64,000 nt of DNA, from NCBI GenBank assembly GCA_011109175.1, contig RDEW01000084.1, positions 24,862-88,861 on the forward strand. Reading direction: 5' to 3'. This DNA is from Dicyema japonicum (taxonomy: Eukaryota; Animalia; Dicyemida). The notes below the pieces were generated by a model. That model saw only the letters and a list, made by a program, of their open reading frames with translations, had not been told where the DNA came from and did not search any database. A program made the position numbers and the translations under genes. Shown here piece after piece: positions 12,461-25,625 of the stretch. The number at the start of each line of letters is the position of its first letter. The first letter of the stretch is position 1.

Positions 12461-13824
12461 GTTATTTTTAACTAAAAAACTACATTTTTGGAAATTTTTA
12501 GCAATTTTAAGAACATATAAATATTGACATTATTGACAAAAATCGCCTTAATGTTTATCATGTGTGGGGTCGAGGGAGGAGCATCGGGCCAAGTTGAGGT
12601 CTCTGCTAGAGCGTGCTTGGATCACGAGATTAGTTAGTTAGTGTTCCCGTGGTCTTTGGTATTATTATTATTTATTAAGACAATGGGACAAATTTATGAG
12701 CCAGGAAAGCAGTAAACTTTTTGAAGAATTAATATTCGACAAATACATGAAAGACCAAATACTCCTCGTATACAGGGGAGTATTGAACGTTTTAATAAAA
12801 CTTAGCGCGAAAATTATCTAAAATTGTCGATAAGGGTGAGTAAAAAGGCTTGATATATTGGAGAATGTTGTGTACAGTTATAACATTTTTGCCACTCATT
12901 TTCTAATCCGAGCTTTTTTAAAAGATATTTTATTTATTTAACACCCAAGACCACGGTAAAACCAAAACTTCCGCCAAAATCCTCATTCTTTCCCGGTGCT
13001 TCTCCCTCTTACCCACACAAGCTCGTACTGGGCGGCTGACTGTATTTGCAGGGCCACTTCCCGCATTCCGGAGTTTTGTTTAATGAGGGCCTCCAGAGTA
13101 GTCGGTTCTGTGAAAGATAATGTAGAATAGTTAGAATAAATTCAGTAATTTGTAGTTATAAATATTAAATAAGTCTTTAGATAATTCAAGTAATGCTTGT
13201 TTCACTCCAGAGAAAATAAAAATTCAAAAAATTTTTCGAGTCGGCAGCATTCAAAGAATTGTTCGAAATTAATAGATAAAATGTTCCAAAAGGAAATAGT
13301 CTGTGGGAATGGCAAACCTTAAAAAATAGTTAATTTAATAAAAAAATGTTCTTTGAACTTGATAATTAATTGGTAGATCAAAATCACAAAAATTTAACAA
13401 GTTACGCATGCGTAGGTGGTGATGTAACATAACGCAAAGTAAGAATTTGTAATAAGTTGGTATTTTTAGGTGAGGTGCAGTTTTTTATGTTTTTAAAAGT
13501 GGGTGAAAATACATTAGCATCAAAACTATTCTACTATTCAAATCAGACTGACCTTACTTCAATCAGCTCGGAAGAGATTTTTAGATTTTTCAACCAAAAC
13601 AGTGTTTCAATTCAAAATTCGACGTAATGCTTCATTTACGTTTAAAAGTCAATGTTCCTTTTCCAGAATTGAAAACGTTCAGAAAATAACTCTGGTTGTG
13701 TTCACTGCCGTGACAACAAAATAAAATGTTAGAATACCCCATATATAGAAGTCTTGTATTCTGCAAGGAATAGTCAGAATGAAGATCGCCTGCAAGNAAA
13801 AAAAAAATTATATAGTTTAAATTT

Positions 13825-14400
13825 ATATTTTAATATGGTTAACCAAAACTAAATAAGTTTATGATACACGTTCTTATTACCTTTCTTGTGGTGCTGTGTT
13901 TTGTTTATTGCATTTTTCTAGTATATATTAATATTTCTTCATTGTAAGTGGAAGATTTATCAAACTTTTATCAAATAAATCTTTGATTTATCATTTCATC
14001 CTGCTACTTATAACTATGAAGAAATTGTTTTTTTATTTGATTGAAGAAACACAGAGTCACAAGGGTCATATTGTATCCGCAATGCTATTCCATCTTAGGA
14101 TGGTTAGCGAGACTCATTGAAGAAATTATGATAACGTAAATTTTATATTTTATTCGTTTTGGATTTTTGTATTATTATTGATTATATTATTATGAATTCG
14201 TATATTTATATACACTTTACCTACGTCGTCCATCTTTGTACGATTACGAACGGTTTGTGAATTTCCTTAATTATATTCTCATATAAACGAGTTGGTAATT
14301 TAATTCTATATATTCACCAATTTGGAGATTTATACTGCATTGACTCTTTTAATCGATTCACTTTTTGGACAAAATATTCGTTAATTTTTTGAGAAATTGT
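13825..14400 (+). pseudogene. AT-rich segment paralogous to 19890-20400, possibly a decayed membrane-protein gene
   Basis: Shares ttttaatatggt.aacca and tcaaacttttatcaaataaatctttgatt; hydrophobic reading with many stops. Confidence 0.35.
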
Positions 14401-14959
14401 ATCATTCGAGAGGAATATCTGAGTATTTACTTTGTATTATAAAAAGCATTGTGTCAAGAATGAGACGCTTGATTATTATTAATTCATTCTCAATATTTGA
14501 TGTTAAAAGACATAATATAATCTGATTATTAATTATATAACGAAAGTACATCTCTGTGACATTGTTAGCTTCATTCTCCAATTCGCATTATTATCAATTT
14601 CAATATTTGGCTAATCCAGTGGAGGTCAACATCAAAAATGAGCGTAAGAAATGTTCAGCAAAATCGATTGCGATGTATTTGATGAAACTACATTGTACAA
14701 AATCTCTTAATTTAAAAATTTGTTAACTGGTTGGTGGGAAAGTTTGGTTGTTTATACTATCATCATTCTAACAACGACTTTGAACAATAATATTTAATAC
14801 AATTCCAATACATTCCCATGACTGAAAAATATATATCACAGTAGTTGAAGAGACTATGTTCGCCTTTTCAATAACATTCAATACTGATTGTCCATGTTGG
14901 TCGTGAATAACAATATTCCCTGGTCGTTTCTTTTTGCTAATAATCCGAATGTCTTTGAA

Positions 14960-15900
14960 CATTTTGGATCCGTTCTTATATTTCTTGATTTCATCGACCT
15001 GTTCCTCCACTTCCTTTCTTGCGTTTAGCTTTAAACCAAGCGTATCCAATTGGGTTTGTAATCTCTGTAGACAGTCATATACATTGTTAGGATGACCTCC
15101 CAGGGTGCAATCATCCAAATACCACACGTTCAGCGGAGTAGTAAGGCATCTCATGACACGGTCGACACCGAGGCAGAACAATGCCGGTCCTAGTGGGTCT
15201 CCTTGTTGAACCCCACACGACGAGGGAATGAATTATTTCCCATGTACAAGACTGGACGGTTTTCCATATGAACAATGAACATAATTATATATAGACGGGT
15301 AATGGGTAAGACAATCTTCCAAAATTACATCGCGCCGTATGGTATTGAAGGCGTTTTTTATGTCAATCTTGAGGACCACACAAGGCATGTTCGTTCTGTT
15401 TCCAGTAAACATCCGAACGGCATGAACCGCCGCCTCACATCCACCAGGAGTACCGACCCCTACTTGGGTTGGTCGCAGTTGTTTGACAAGCATCGGAAGG
15501 ATTGCTCTGCTAGCAAGTTTAGAAGCCAGTCGACGAAAAACAAACCCAACAGCAATAGGACGAATTCCTCCTCCACACTTATCAAAGGCAATTTACTTGG
15601 CGGAAAACATAATATGACGGATTGCTTCTGGTAATCTTCCGGAAAGCATTCTGTTGATTAACCTCGTTATAGCCGATAATAGCCGAACACCAGAGTTCCC
15701 CGTATTCTGATCAATTAAGTCTTTTAGGTGTCCTGGACGGAGTCCGTCGAGTCCGCCACTGCTGCTTGGAACGAATGAGAGGATCGCATCTTTCACGTCC
15801 CCCTCAGAAATAATCAGACTAGGTAATTCTCCAGAGCAAGTAGGGATCTGCTCGTCCACTGGCGGACCAGGATGTCGTTCAACCAGTGCATCGTAGGAGT
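14960..15900 (-). mobile_element. CRE-clade RT fragment
   Basis: SSGGLDGLRPGHLKDL, GGIRPIAVG, QVGVGTPGGCEAAVHA, KIDIKNAFN, GVQQGDPLGPALFCL and WYLDD. Confidence 0.88.
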
Positions 15901-15982
15901 GTTCAGTTGGTAGCCTAAATTATATACGATTTTATAATACTTCAGTAACTTTCAGCTTTAAAGTAATTTAGGCTCCTCAGTA

Positions 15983-16790
15983 TTATTGAATATTAAAATA
16001 TATTAATTTATCTCACCTTAGTATATGAGGGTTTCACTCGATCTACAAGCTCACAAGTCTTCTGGTGTAAGTTATTCAGATCAACTCACTCCAATCACAA
16101 CCAGCTCTTTATGGTAGATCAGCGTATAATTAATGCCCATAGATAATAGATTGGGTCTTTTACAGGTCTCTTCAGTTTTAGTACTTACAAAATTGCTGGA
16201 TCCACGTGGATTTTAATTTTGCTAAATCACAGAAACTACACATTCGTGACCGGCCTATTGTGGGTTTTTTAGTTTAATTATTTCGCCACAATAACGGTTT
16301 GAAATGAAGGGTTGTCTCTTACTACTAAAACAGAATTCGAAAACAGCGTCATTCGTAACCTCCTCGTGTCCTATCAAGACGTCCATACTACAGACACTCC
16401 AAGTTTTGAACTTGGCGGCAATCATCCGAATATTTCGCCTTCATAATTGCCATTATGATGGGACCTGTTCAGCCACGGTCTTCTAAAGATCACTGGAAGA
16501 TGTCCAATCTTAATATTTTTGCTGCCATACAGTGGTCATATTGCCTAGGTCATTATTGAATCCCCTGCCTCACTAACCAGTAGGGGACCAGCAGATTTTA
16601 AACTTGGATGAGGGCACTTGCAAAATTCAATTTCTGTAGTCCTTTAGTGAAGACCTGTATGGCATGGTAGGTGAAATTAAGCAGCCTGTCGTATGTCACT
16701 CCCAGCATTGAGAGGTTCCTTGTGACAGGTATCCGAGTATGTCCGATAAAGATTTCTTGTTCTTCTTTGGACCGCCGGTCAGAGGTGAAT
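15983..16790 (-). mobile_element. 5'-truncated I-like LINE flanked by a 29-bp direct repeat
   Basis: IPVTRNLSMLGVTYDRLLNFTYHA post-RT motif; agctttaaagtaatttaggctcctcagta at 15954-15982 and 16791-16819. Confidence 0.55.
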
Positions 16791-16859
16791 AGCTTTAAAG
16801 TAATTTAGGCTCCTCAGTACTACTCCAATTTACTTCGGAATCATTCTGTTAATAGTCTG

Positions 16860-17400
16860 TTTTACGGGGATTTCATGGTTCCATCGTCCTCAGGTGTTCA
16901 TCAGGGCGACCCCCTCGGACTACTGCTGTTCTCCTCAGAATTGAAGATGATTACGAAGCTCTCTCGATGCCCGCTAACATCTGGTACCTCGATGACGCTG
17001 TTCTTAGACGGTCTTCCAGGAGTTAGAAGTACTCATCCCCGCGTTGTCCAAGATGGTTCTTGTGTTGAACACAACGAAATGTGAAATAACAAACTGTGGT
17101 CTTGCTGACGATGACTTCTATTCAATTGTTCCAAAATTTTACTCCTTGTTTCTTGGTGAGATTTCGACCCCTGAAAACGAATTGATTTTTCTTGGATCCC
17201 CATTACTAGGAATGCGATGAAGCATGTCTTCCTTCAGTGATTGAATATAATCGAGCTCATCTCTGAAAGAACTCGAAACACTTTCTTGGATTACAGAAAC
17301 ATTACTGGAAAAATTTTGAGCAATAGGCGGACATAAACTTTGCAGATTTCGATGCTGTCTTTCACTCAATAGTGCAGTTTCCTATGTTAACAGAAAGATT
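16860..17400 (+). mobile_element. CRE-clade RT remnant
   Basis: SSGVHQGDPLGLLLF, IWYLDDA and LLGSPI. Confidence 0.6.
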
Positions 17401-18149
17401 CAGTACATTCAATTCACTCAGAGCAATGAAGGTATTTACAACAGAAAGATAAATCAAATCATACATAAATGTTTGACAACAAAACGAGAATAAAAGAAAC
17501 GTAATAGTCTAAAAACATCCAAAGGTCATCCCCAAAAATTAGAGACCAAATCCGAATGCAGTATAGCGAAATATGAACTTTAAAATTAAAAAAGTGGACG
17601 AATGGAGAAAAATCAACTACGCGTTTAATAAACCAAGGTCCCTCTCTTGGAGCAAAAACCTTTAGAAGATAAACAGTAGTGATTTCAGCAAAAAAGGAAC
17701 TCGATTGAATAAAGCTCTAAACTCAAAACAGCACTTACATCATAAAAGTATGAAGGTCGACCNATATTTTCTGAAAACCTCTGGTCTATACTAATTAAAA
17801 TTCAGAAAAAGTAAGTGAACCAGATATGAAGAATTTGAGTTATGAAAAGTTCGATCAATATCATCCTGTCATGTGGCGTGAGAAAGGTGATAATGGGAGA
17901 CAGCCCATATTCAACTTTAATCATTTCTATGTATAAATACGAGATCCCAGAGATCCCGGAGATGGGGGACAATATGAGACAGCCATCCACTTGTCTAGGT
18001 GACGCCTAGTGCCAGGCCGGCACGAACAAATATCATTTGCTTTTTCCCACTTTACTGAAGGGGTTTCCACAACTGCATGTAATAGACGTTTTACCTTTTA
18101 TGTTGATTCCGGATGGACTCTGTTTCTGTAGAAGTGGAAACTGGATACT

Positions 18150-18405
18150 CTTAATTAGTTGTTTACTTTAACTTCTTTCTCGGAGTATCCGGTGTTAATA
18201 AATTAATATAATAATTATATAGAAAAGTCGCATGCTCATTAATTGGTTTAAAGAAGTTAACACTATTCAGTTTAGTCTTCGTAAGATTCACGATCCAATT
18301 CTCCATTTCTGCATAAATAGACTTCATATTAGTCTTCATGACGTTACTATATTTGTCTTCTAATCCGCCAAGATATCGATAACCTCCCAGACCGTCAAGT
18401 AACAT
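18150..18405 (-). mobile_element. R4/Dong-like RLE retrotransposon post-RT remnant
   Basis: YRYLGGLED..LTKTKLNSVNFFKPINEHA. Confidence 0.55.
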
Positions 18406-18407
18406 AT

Positions 18408-18490
18408 CTTTTTTCAACCAAACATTCAAAATTTGTCGTTTTTCAACCAAACATTCAACATTTGTCGTTTTCAACCAAACATTCAACAGC
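18408..18490. repeat. Three tandem copies of a 28-29 nt unit
   Basis: ttttcaaccaaacattcaa(a/c)atttgtcg occurs twice plus a partial third copy. Confidence 0.85.
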
Positions 18491-18599
18491 ATGATCAGTT
18501 GCTTTCATAAAATTATCTCATCATTGAGACAAACTTTAATTGATTCTATGTAATTCATCCAAGTTTCAGTATCAATTGATGAATATCTGAGTTTCGAAA

Positions 18600-19270
18600 A
18601 ACAGTACTAGGACATTTTTTCGACAGATATTTGGCCGATAGGAGACTAGGCCGACAGACGTTTAGTATACATGTTACATTGTGTAAAACATGTTCGGTTT
18701 CATTAGTGTACGCTATTGCTCAAAAAAATCTCAATAAATGTATGAACAAATATTTTAAACACTGAAAGAGAAATTAACTCCACCATTATTTACCATAGAT
18801 TATGAGCGAGCAGCGATAAATGCTATCAACAGAATTTTGCAAATGTGTGTGGCTGCTACCTTCACTTTGGGCAGTGTTTATGGCGAAAAATACAAAATCT
18901 AGGACTGCAGACATAATCCCAGCAAATGCAAACTTAATTAAAAGTATTCAAGCACTGGCATTTGTTCCTGTACGTCATTGAAAGTTTCCGAGCGCTTCTT
19001 GAAACTATAAATGACAAGACTGGTGACGTTTCTGGAGATTTTCTTACTTATTTTGAGACATCGGTGCCTTGCAAGGAAAAGAAGGCCATTGTTTAGTTTA
19101 GAAATGTAGAATGTACATGACAGACAGGCAGAAGGCCTCCCAAGAACTATAAATTCACTTGAAGGATTGCACAGATCTTTTTAACAAAGAGTATCTGTCG
19201 GCCAAATGTCCTGTCGGCCTAATATCTATCGGCCAAATGTGGTTTCGTTTGGTTATTTCGATAACTATTG
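18600..19270 (+). mobile_element. Internally deleted Mutator-like (MULE) element
   Basis: Subterminal ggccga(t/c)ag repeats on the left are inverted on the right; IQALAFVP and GLPRTINSLEGLHRSF across frames. Confidence 0.6.
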
Positions 19271-19331
19271 ACAGAGAAAACACAATTTACATTCAAGCTT
19301 CCAAACTTTTAATATCTAAATGGTAATTCTT

Positions 19332-19657
19332 TTTTCTTTTTTTTAAAGCCTTTTCACGAGAGCCATAATATTTATAGCTCCGCATAGGCAGGACACTCAC
19401 TTTATTTAAGTAAAAGACAGTTAATTTTAACTAATCGTAGAACCAAGGATTGATCTTCACTTTTTTTTCTTTTTTTTGTGTGAGTGTCCTTTCTAGACAA
19501 TCCAGTTCCGCAGTGAGTATCCACTGATGACGGCGTCACTCGTCAAACCCTTTCTGCATCGTAGAAGCGTGGAACCTTCCACCAGGTAAACATCAGCGAG
19601 ATTCGAACCCGTAGCCTAAGCCACTTATGCCGACACCTAACCACTATGGCACCCGGC
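19332..19657 (-). mobile_element. Full-length tRNA-derived SINE
   Basis: Starts GCCGGGTGCCATAGTGG with A and B boxes; 11-bp TSD tggtaattctt at 19321-19331 and 19658-19668. Confidence 0.9.
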
Positions 19658-21588
19658 TGGTAATTCTTATTAATAATAAATTAATTTACTTGAATAAAAT
19701 ACATTCATATTAGCACGTTTATGTTAATCAGAAAATATCAAGTCGACGATGGTTGTTCAATTTAGTCAGAGACCCCTAACAACTCTTCAAACAATAAATG
19801 AATAATGTCCTTATCGGTATCGTGTAGGATCCCACAATAATAACTTAAATGAATAAAAAAGTTTATATAATTATATTAATAACTATTAATATTTTAATAT
19901 GGTCAACCATAATCAATAACCTTATTATAATAAACCTCAACATTGACTCTTGTTGTCTTTCATCTTATTTGCTTTATATCTTTATTTTATTTTAAAACAA
20001 AGTAATATTTGCTTATAATATAATTTCTTCATTATTGAAAGTGCAAAATTAGTCAAACTTTTATCAAATAAATCTTTGATTCGTCACTTCATTCATCATG
20101 CTGCTTTTAATTATGAAGAAATCATGTGATGTACATTTTATTTTGGTTCATGTTGAATTTTTTTATAATCGAATATATTATATTTTTGAAAACCAATTTT
20201 TGTATCAAAAATATAAATTTTTACATTTCTATATCGCTTTGATAAGCGTTTCCATTGTTGCAATCAGGAATATCTTGATGAAACATTCGTTAAATCTCTG
20301 AAACTTGTTGATGATTTGTTTAGTATTTTCTTCTTTTTTTGTCAAATTCACTTCTAAATCATAATTTTTATAGTGAGTATTTCTTGCCGGATAAAATATA
20401 TTCATTTCATTGTTTATATACATCTCGATAAATATATGAATGTTTTTTCGAGATCTACCTTTGTTCCTTAACACTTTCCATTTTGTCATTACTACACCAA
20501 ACCGCTTTTATTGGCGTAAACATGTCTGAAAAGTGGGTAGTCAAAAAGTTAACAAGTACATTCTATTCCCTGAAATACATTTAATCATTTTCGGATTTCA
20601 CAAAGTGTGTTCTTTATTATCTTAGTTATGTGGTTAATTTCCAAGTCTACATACCAGTGGTTTTCATTTCTTTTGTATCTCTAAAACACTTTTTTTTGCA
20701 TTGAGCCTCTCATTATATATAATAATCCCTTCTATAGTTGGGATGTAACTTTGCCACAAAACTCTTCACAGCTATCTCTATATGTAGTGATGTGCCAAAC
20801 TCTGTGAGGTATTCTTGATTTTTGGTCTTGCTGACAAGAAGGGGCATTTATCCCTCAGTGCTCGATATATTGGCCTTAATAACCTACAAGGTATTACTTT
20901 AAACTCTCCATTTTGGAATATTTCCCATTAAGTGTGTTAGTAATGGGGGCAAGATTGTAATCAGCAGAATGAATTATCTATTGTTCCTTTCTTGCTTATC
21001 ATCTTTTTGCCAAGCAGATGTGCTAATAGATACTTCTCCTGTTCCTCTATTATTGGATCCTTTGGTGGTTATCGATTGTTTCATCTTTATTTTTCCAAGT
21101 GCTTCATTGCAATGACACCACATTTTTGTAGAAGATTTTTATGTTGAAATTTGCCTGAGTAACAAAAATTTGATTTATGAATAATTGAAATACAAAATTT
21201 AGTTGTTTTTTTTAATTACTATTTACCATTGAACTATCACACCCTGTGTGAAAACTAGGTGGACCAGACGAAGTTAGCAAATAGTAACGGATTTTCCGAT
21301 AGGTCCTCCAGACGCTGAGGGTATAGATAACAGAAGACCCCATGCAGTGGAGATTCCTGCTATGTCGACATTGCAGAATCAACTCGTATATGACGACGAA
21401 AACAAATAAAAAAGCATTATCTTAACATGTTTCCATTGATGATATCACGTATTTGCTCAAAAAAACATTTTTTAGGTTAACCGCAAAAAATAAAAAATAG
21501 CATTTTTAATCCAAACTATTTTAGGAAGATATGAAGAGTAGTATTTTTATTAATTTAATTTTTGATTTAATATTAGAAGTGGTGTGGT

Positions 21589-22188
21589 GTGATCAACAAA
21601 AATCTCATGGAAATTAAAGAACGAAAAGAAGACAAAGTACGAGGAACAAATCCAGTACGGACAAATCAGGTATGTTTTTTATGTGGACAATCGAACATCA
21701 GGAAATATTGGATTAACTGCACACAATGTGAATCATTCGCCCATCTGGGCTGCATAAAAATGAGTAAAGCTTGCGCCGAGACGCTGTCGAGTTGGCTGTT
21801 CCCCTCTTGTATTGGAATGGAGGCCCCCAGGCGGGGAAAAACAACTCAGTCAAACTTTACACTGCCACATACAGACCATACTCTCTTGAAGATCTCGAAC
21901 CTCACGATAGCCATGAAGATTCCAGTAAAAATCCCTAAAGGAGTACGAATTGCCGCAGCTACGTGTCTTTCAGATGCCATTGCTTACGCACTATCCTCTA
22001 ACAGTTGGGAATCCTGGCTAAAACTTATATGCTTTGCACCTGTCGCACTCGGAATACCTACAAAGGAATCTGATGACAATAATAAAGAAACAAACTCCCG
22101 ACTCAACTTATCCGGGAAACTGAAACGAAACATAATGAATTTTAGCTGTCATAACATACACGCAATACTTGAACATCCACTTAATGTC
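21589..22188 (+). mobile_element. CRE-clade ORF N-terminus with PHD finger
   Basis: CFLC..WINCTQCESFAHLGC..WLFPSC, then KIPKGVRIAAATCLSDAI..WLKLICFA as in other CRE copies; ends at the N gap. Confidence 0.75.
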
Positions 22189-22495
22189 NNNNNNNNNNNN
22201 NNNNNNNNNNNNNNNNNNNNNNNNNNNNNNNNNNNNNNNNNNNNNNNNNNNNNNNNNNNNNNNNNNNNNNNNNNNNNNNNNNNNNNNNNNNNNNNNNNNN
22301 NNNNNNNNNNNNNNNNNNNNNNNNNNNNNNNNNNNNNNNNNNNNNNNNNNNNNNNNNNNNNNNNNNNNNNNNNNNNNNNNNNNNNNNNNNNNNNNNNNNN
22401 NNNNNNNNNNNNNNNNNNNNNNNNNNNNNNNNNNNNNNNNNNNNNNNNNNNNNNNNNNNNNNNNNNNNNNNNNNNNNNNNNNNNNNNNNNNNNNN
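22189..22495. other. Assembly gap (307 N)
   Basis: Run of N; different element families lie on either side. Confidence 0.99.
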
Positions 22496-24295
22496 CTCCT
22501 ACTCCATACGTTCACTGAATACAAATGATCTGAGCTTATCCGAACTAACAACAGACTCAATGGAGCCGCCTAGTTGGACGACTATGTCACAAAAATTCTT
22601 GTGCCACATTTTGGAAAACGCTAAGAAGGATTAATAGCCTCATCAATGAGGAGGACCGCGGAACTGAGGCCGTTACCCGCAACGCTTCGGAACCCGCACG
22701 CAAACTCGCAAACAAGATTATGAAGTACTACGTATCGATCAGCCATAAATTTTTTCTCGTTCTACACTTGTTGAACGGCGCCGACCACAACAAGAACCAT
22801 ATTCCACATTCTTCACCCCCGATGATGTTGACAAGGCTATTAAATTGCTACATCCCACTCGTGCTTGTGGTCCCGACGGGATTTGCACTGTTCACCTCAA
22901 ACACTTTGGACTCAGGCACGGACCATACTATCAAGACTGTACAACGACTCTATCAACTACCATACGTTACCTAATATATGGAAAAGTCCCTGATTACGCA
23001 AATCCTAAAGCCCAGAAAACCAAAAGACTCTTCTTACCGCCCCGTCTCAATAACTTGTATTCTATCAAAACTACTGGAAAAGCTTGTATTAATGCGCATT
23101 TCTTCTGTTCTACATCTACCAGAGTTTCAACATGGTTTCAATGTAGACTGTTCTACAACGACTCATTTGGGTTCTATCTCCCAGTTTATTACTGACGGCT
23201 TCAACATGAGAACACACCTACAGACGGCCTTAGTATCCATCGACAAACAGAAGGCCTCTGATTCTGTTCCGAGGAAACTCCTAACGCAAAAGATTTTTAA
23301 TTCATGCATACACCCAAACATCAAGCTATGGCTGGAAACGACACGGAAGGGTCCGGATTGACAAAACCACTTCAAAATCAAGATTACTCCCCAATGGAGT
23401 CCCGCAAGGCTCCCCTTTATCTCCTCTCCTTTTCAACCTATTTCTACATGACCTACCTACTACCAATGACCAGGACACTATGTTTTTATCCTATGCGGAC
23501 GTCCTAATTATCGCTGCAAGAAATAAATCTCCTTCCATGCTGTAGCAACTGTTCAGACATACCTAAACCGAATTTGGACTGGCTATCTGCAAATACGTTA
23601 TGCGTATCAGCATCCAAGTCTCAGTTCACATTATTCACTACGGACAGAAGGTTTAAAGGTGGGCTTGAGATATCCATCGGAAACACTCCCATCCCTTCTA
23701 CGCGGACCAGAAGATCCTTGGTGTAGCTTTCGACTCTCTGTTGACGTTCTCGAGTCACGTGGAGGAGATGCTCGCCAAAGGTCTTCGGAAATGGAACATT
23801 ATGAATGCGATGATAAAGAAGAGCCCTTTCTTCCCGGCCGACTGCATCAGCAAGGTCTATCAACAAGTAATCATACCGATAATTGAATATGCCTGCTCCG
23901 CCTAGAGGTTTGCGATTCCCCTTTCGAGAGTGGACCGTTTGAACTCCCTCAGGCGGAGAATTATGCACCGCACGGACATCCCCATTGGCGACCTCGTTTT
24001 TGATGAGGCAACGTTGAAAAATGGCCAGGGTTTCCTACGTTTCTGCAAGGAACTGGGAAACCCATTCAAGGAAAAGGTGGCCCATGCAGAGGAATTTCGG
24101 TTTGTTAATAGAAAGTGCACGCCGATCTAATTCCTTTGCAGAAGTAAGAGAAGATGCTTCAGAAGACCAAGAAGCGGTTAGATCATCAGAAGACCAATTG
24201 AAGAGAGTTCGGATGTTGCTGGAAGCTGGGATCACCTAATTAGTTAGTTTTGGCCTATCTTTCCTGGTGGTCTTGGGGTTAAATAAATAAAGAAG
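22496..24295 (+). mobile_element. Jockey/I-like LINE, RT to 3' end, frameshifted
   Basis: SYRPVSITCILSKLLEKLV, FQHGF, GVPQGSPLSPLLFNL and YAD(V); intact 3' tail ending in taaataaataaa. Confidence 0.85.
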
Positions 24296-25000
24296 TTGAA
24301 GAAGCCGGCTGTGTGGATCGCGAACGAGTTTCCTTGAAGTATGGCCATTCCAATTTTTTGTCTCAGCCAGAACCCCTATCGTTGATCCCTTTTCTTTCTG
24401 GTAAGCATTCCTCCGAGTTCACAAAGAACTCAGTTGTTATTGGACCAACGGCTCATGATGACTCTACCGCAACAAGAGTAAATCGGTACCGGTCCCCGAG
24501 GCAAAAATACTTTTTGATGTTCAGGTTTTCCGCGGTCGAAGCAGCTGCTCCAGGTGTATGAACCGAATTGAAAAGATTCGTGCTTGAAAAAGTGTCATTA
24601 CAAGCTGCGTACCAGACCAAAGATCTTCCAGATGTATAGGGGAAAAGGGTCATCCCGTCAGGTCTCTTTCCATCTCCTCGATCGAGACCCACTGGTTCAA
24701 GCTGAGATAGGAAGCCTGTAGCCTTCAGAACTCTGACGATCACATCGTTTAAAGCAGCATGACGTGGTCCCTTTCCGGCGCTTCTTCTGCAGGACAGCGG
24801 GTGCAATCCCTTCGCATCGACTGTTTTCTCGCATCGGCATCTGTGCTCCTGGCAAACGTCTAGTCTAGCCTTTGTCAGATTCCAATCCTCAAAGAATCGT
24901 CGTCCAAAAAGGTCCCGAGGGTTGGACAAGGTATTGCACCAAGCAATGCTCCACTCCCTCCACTTGAAGCTGACACTAAACAAGCCAGACGATGTTGAGT
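24295..25000 (-). mobile_element. CRE-clade RLE endonuclease domain and 3' end (subfamily A)
   Basis: C-x-C...HPLSC..RHAALNDVI..RPDGMTLFPYTSGRSLVW..CNDTFS. Confidence 0.9.
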
Positions 25001-25429
25001 TGGGTCTTTTTTGAGGTCTTCCAAAATTTTAGAGCAGACAATGTTATCCCAATTACATTGCTTATTTGTGTCTTCGGGGATTTTGAGTCCGGACCCGTCT
25101 AATGTAGTTTCCTCATAATAATGTCAGCTCCACAACTTTGTTTCAAGAAAATGATAACTTCATCTTCAGGAACCTTCCCTGAGTATGTTCGATGATCACA
25201 ACTTCGAAAGTTTTTTAAGCAGTAATGACTGGGTGTATATCCTCATTGTCCTTTATGGATAATTTATTATTCTCTAAAAAATTTGAAATATTTCCCGCCC
25301 AAAATAATTGGAATATTTTGGATTAGATGACACAATTTTATATTTCAAATTGAATTAGATATCTCATCTTTACTTATTGATTATGAAAGTGGAATACTAA
25401 CACTACACAGCTAACAAAACCCTACAGAA

Positions 25430-25625
25430 GATTTTTGAGTCAGTGGCAAGACCACCATCCTTGGTCTTCCACGAAAGCGATTTACATGGAAAAAGTAATA
25501 TTCGGAGGGGATGTCGGATCCAACCTCAGGTAGCTTCCAATTCGCCCAAGTCACTTTATTCCCAATCTGTGTTGTTTGAGTAATTCTGTAGAGCTCGTCG
25601 TTTGTCATGAGGTTGTAATATCTCA
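25430..25625 (-). mobile_element. RTE 3' fragment
   Basis: TNDELYRITQTTQIGNK and RFRGRPR. Confidence 0.6.

Noticed and set aside
18408-18490. CRISPR-like array (also 42218-42287)
   Set aside because: Only 2-3 units with no unique regular spacers and no cas genes; eukaryotic context
19520-19560. Hammerhead ribozyme at CTGATGA in the SINE antisense strand
   Set aside because: No GAAA follows the putative stem II; CTGAGGA near 7210 and CTGATGA at 6575 and 7677 fail in the same way
21589-22518. 309-aa ORF in the track
   Set aside because: It reads through the 307-N gap and joins a CRE fragment to a Jockey-like fragment
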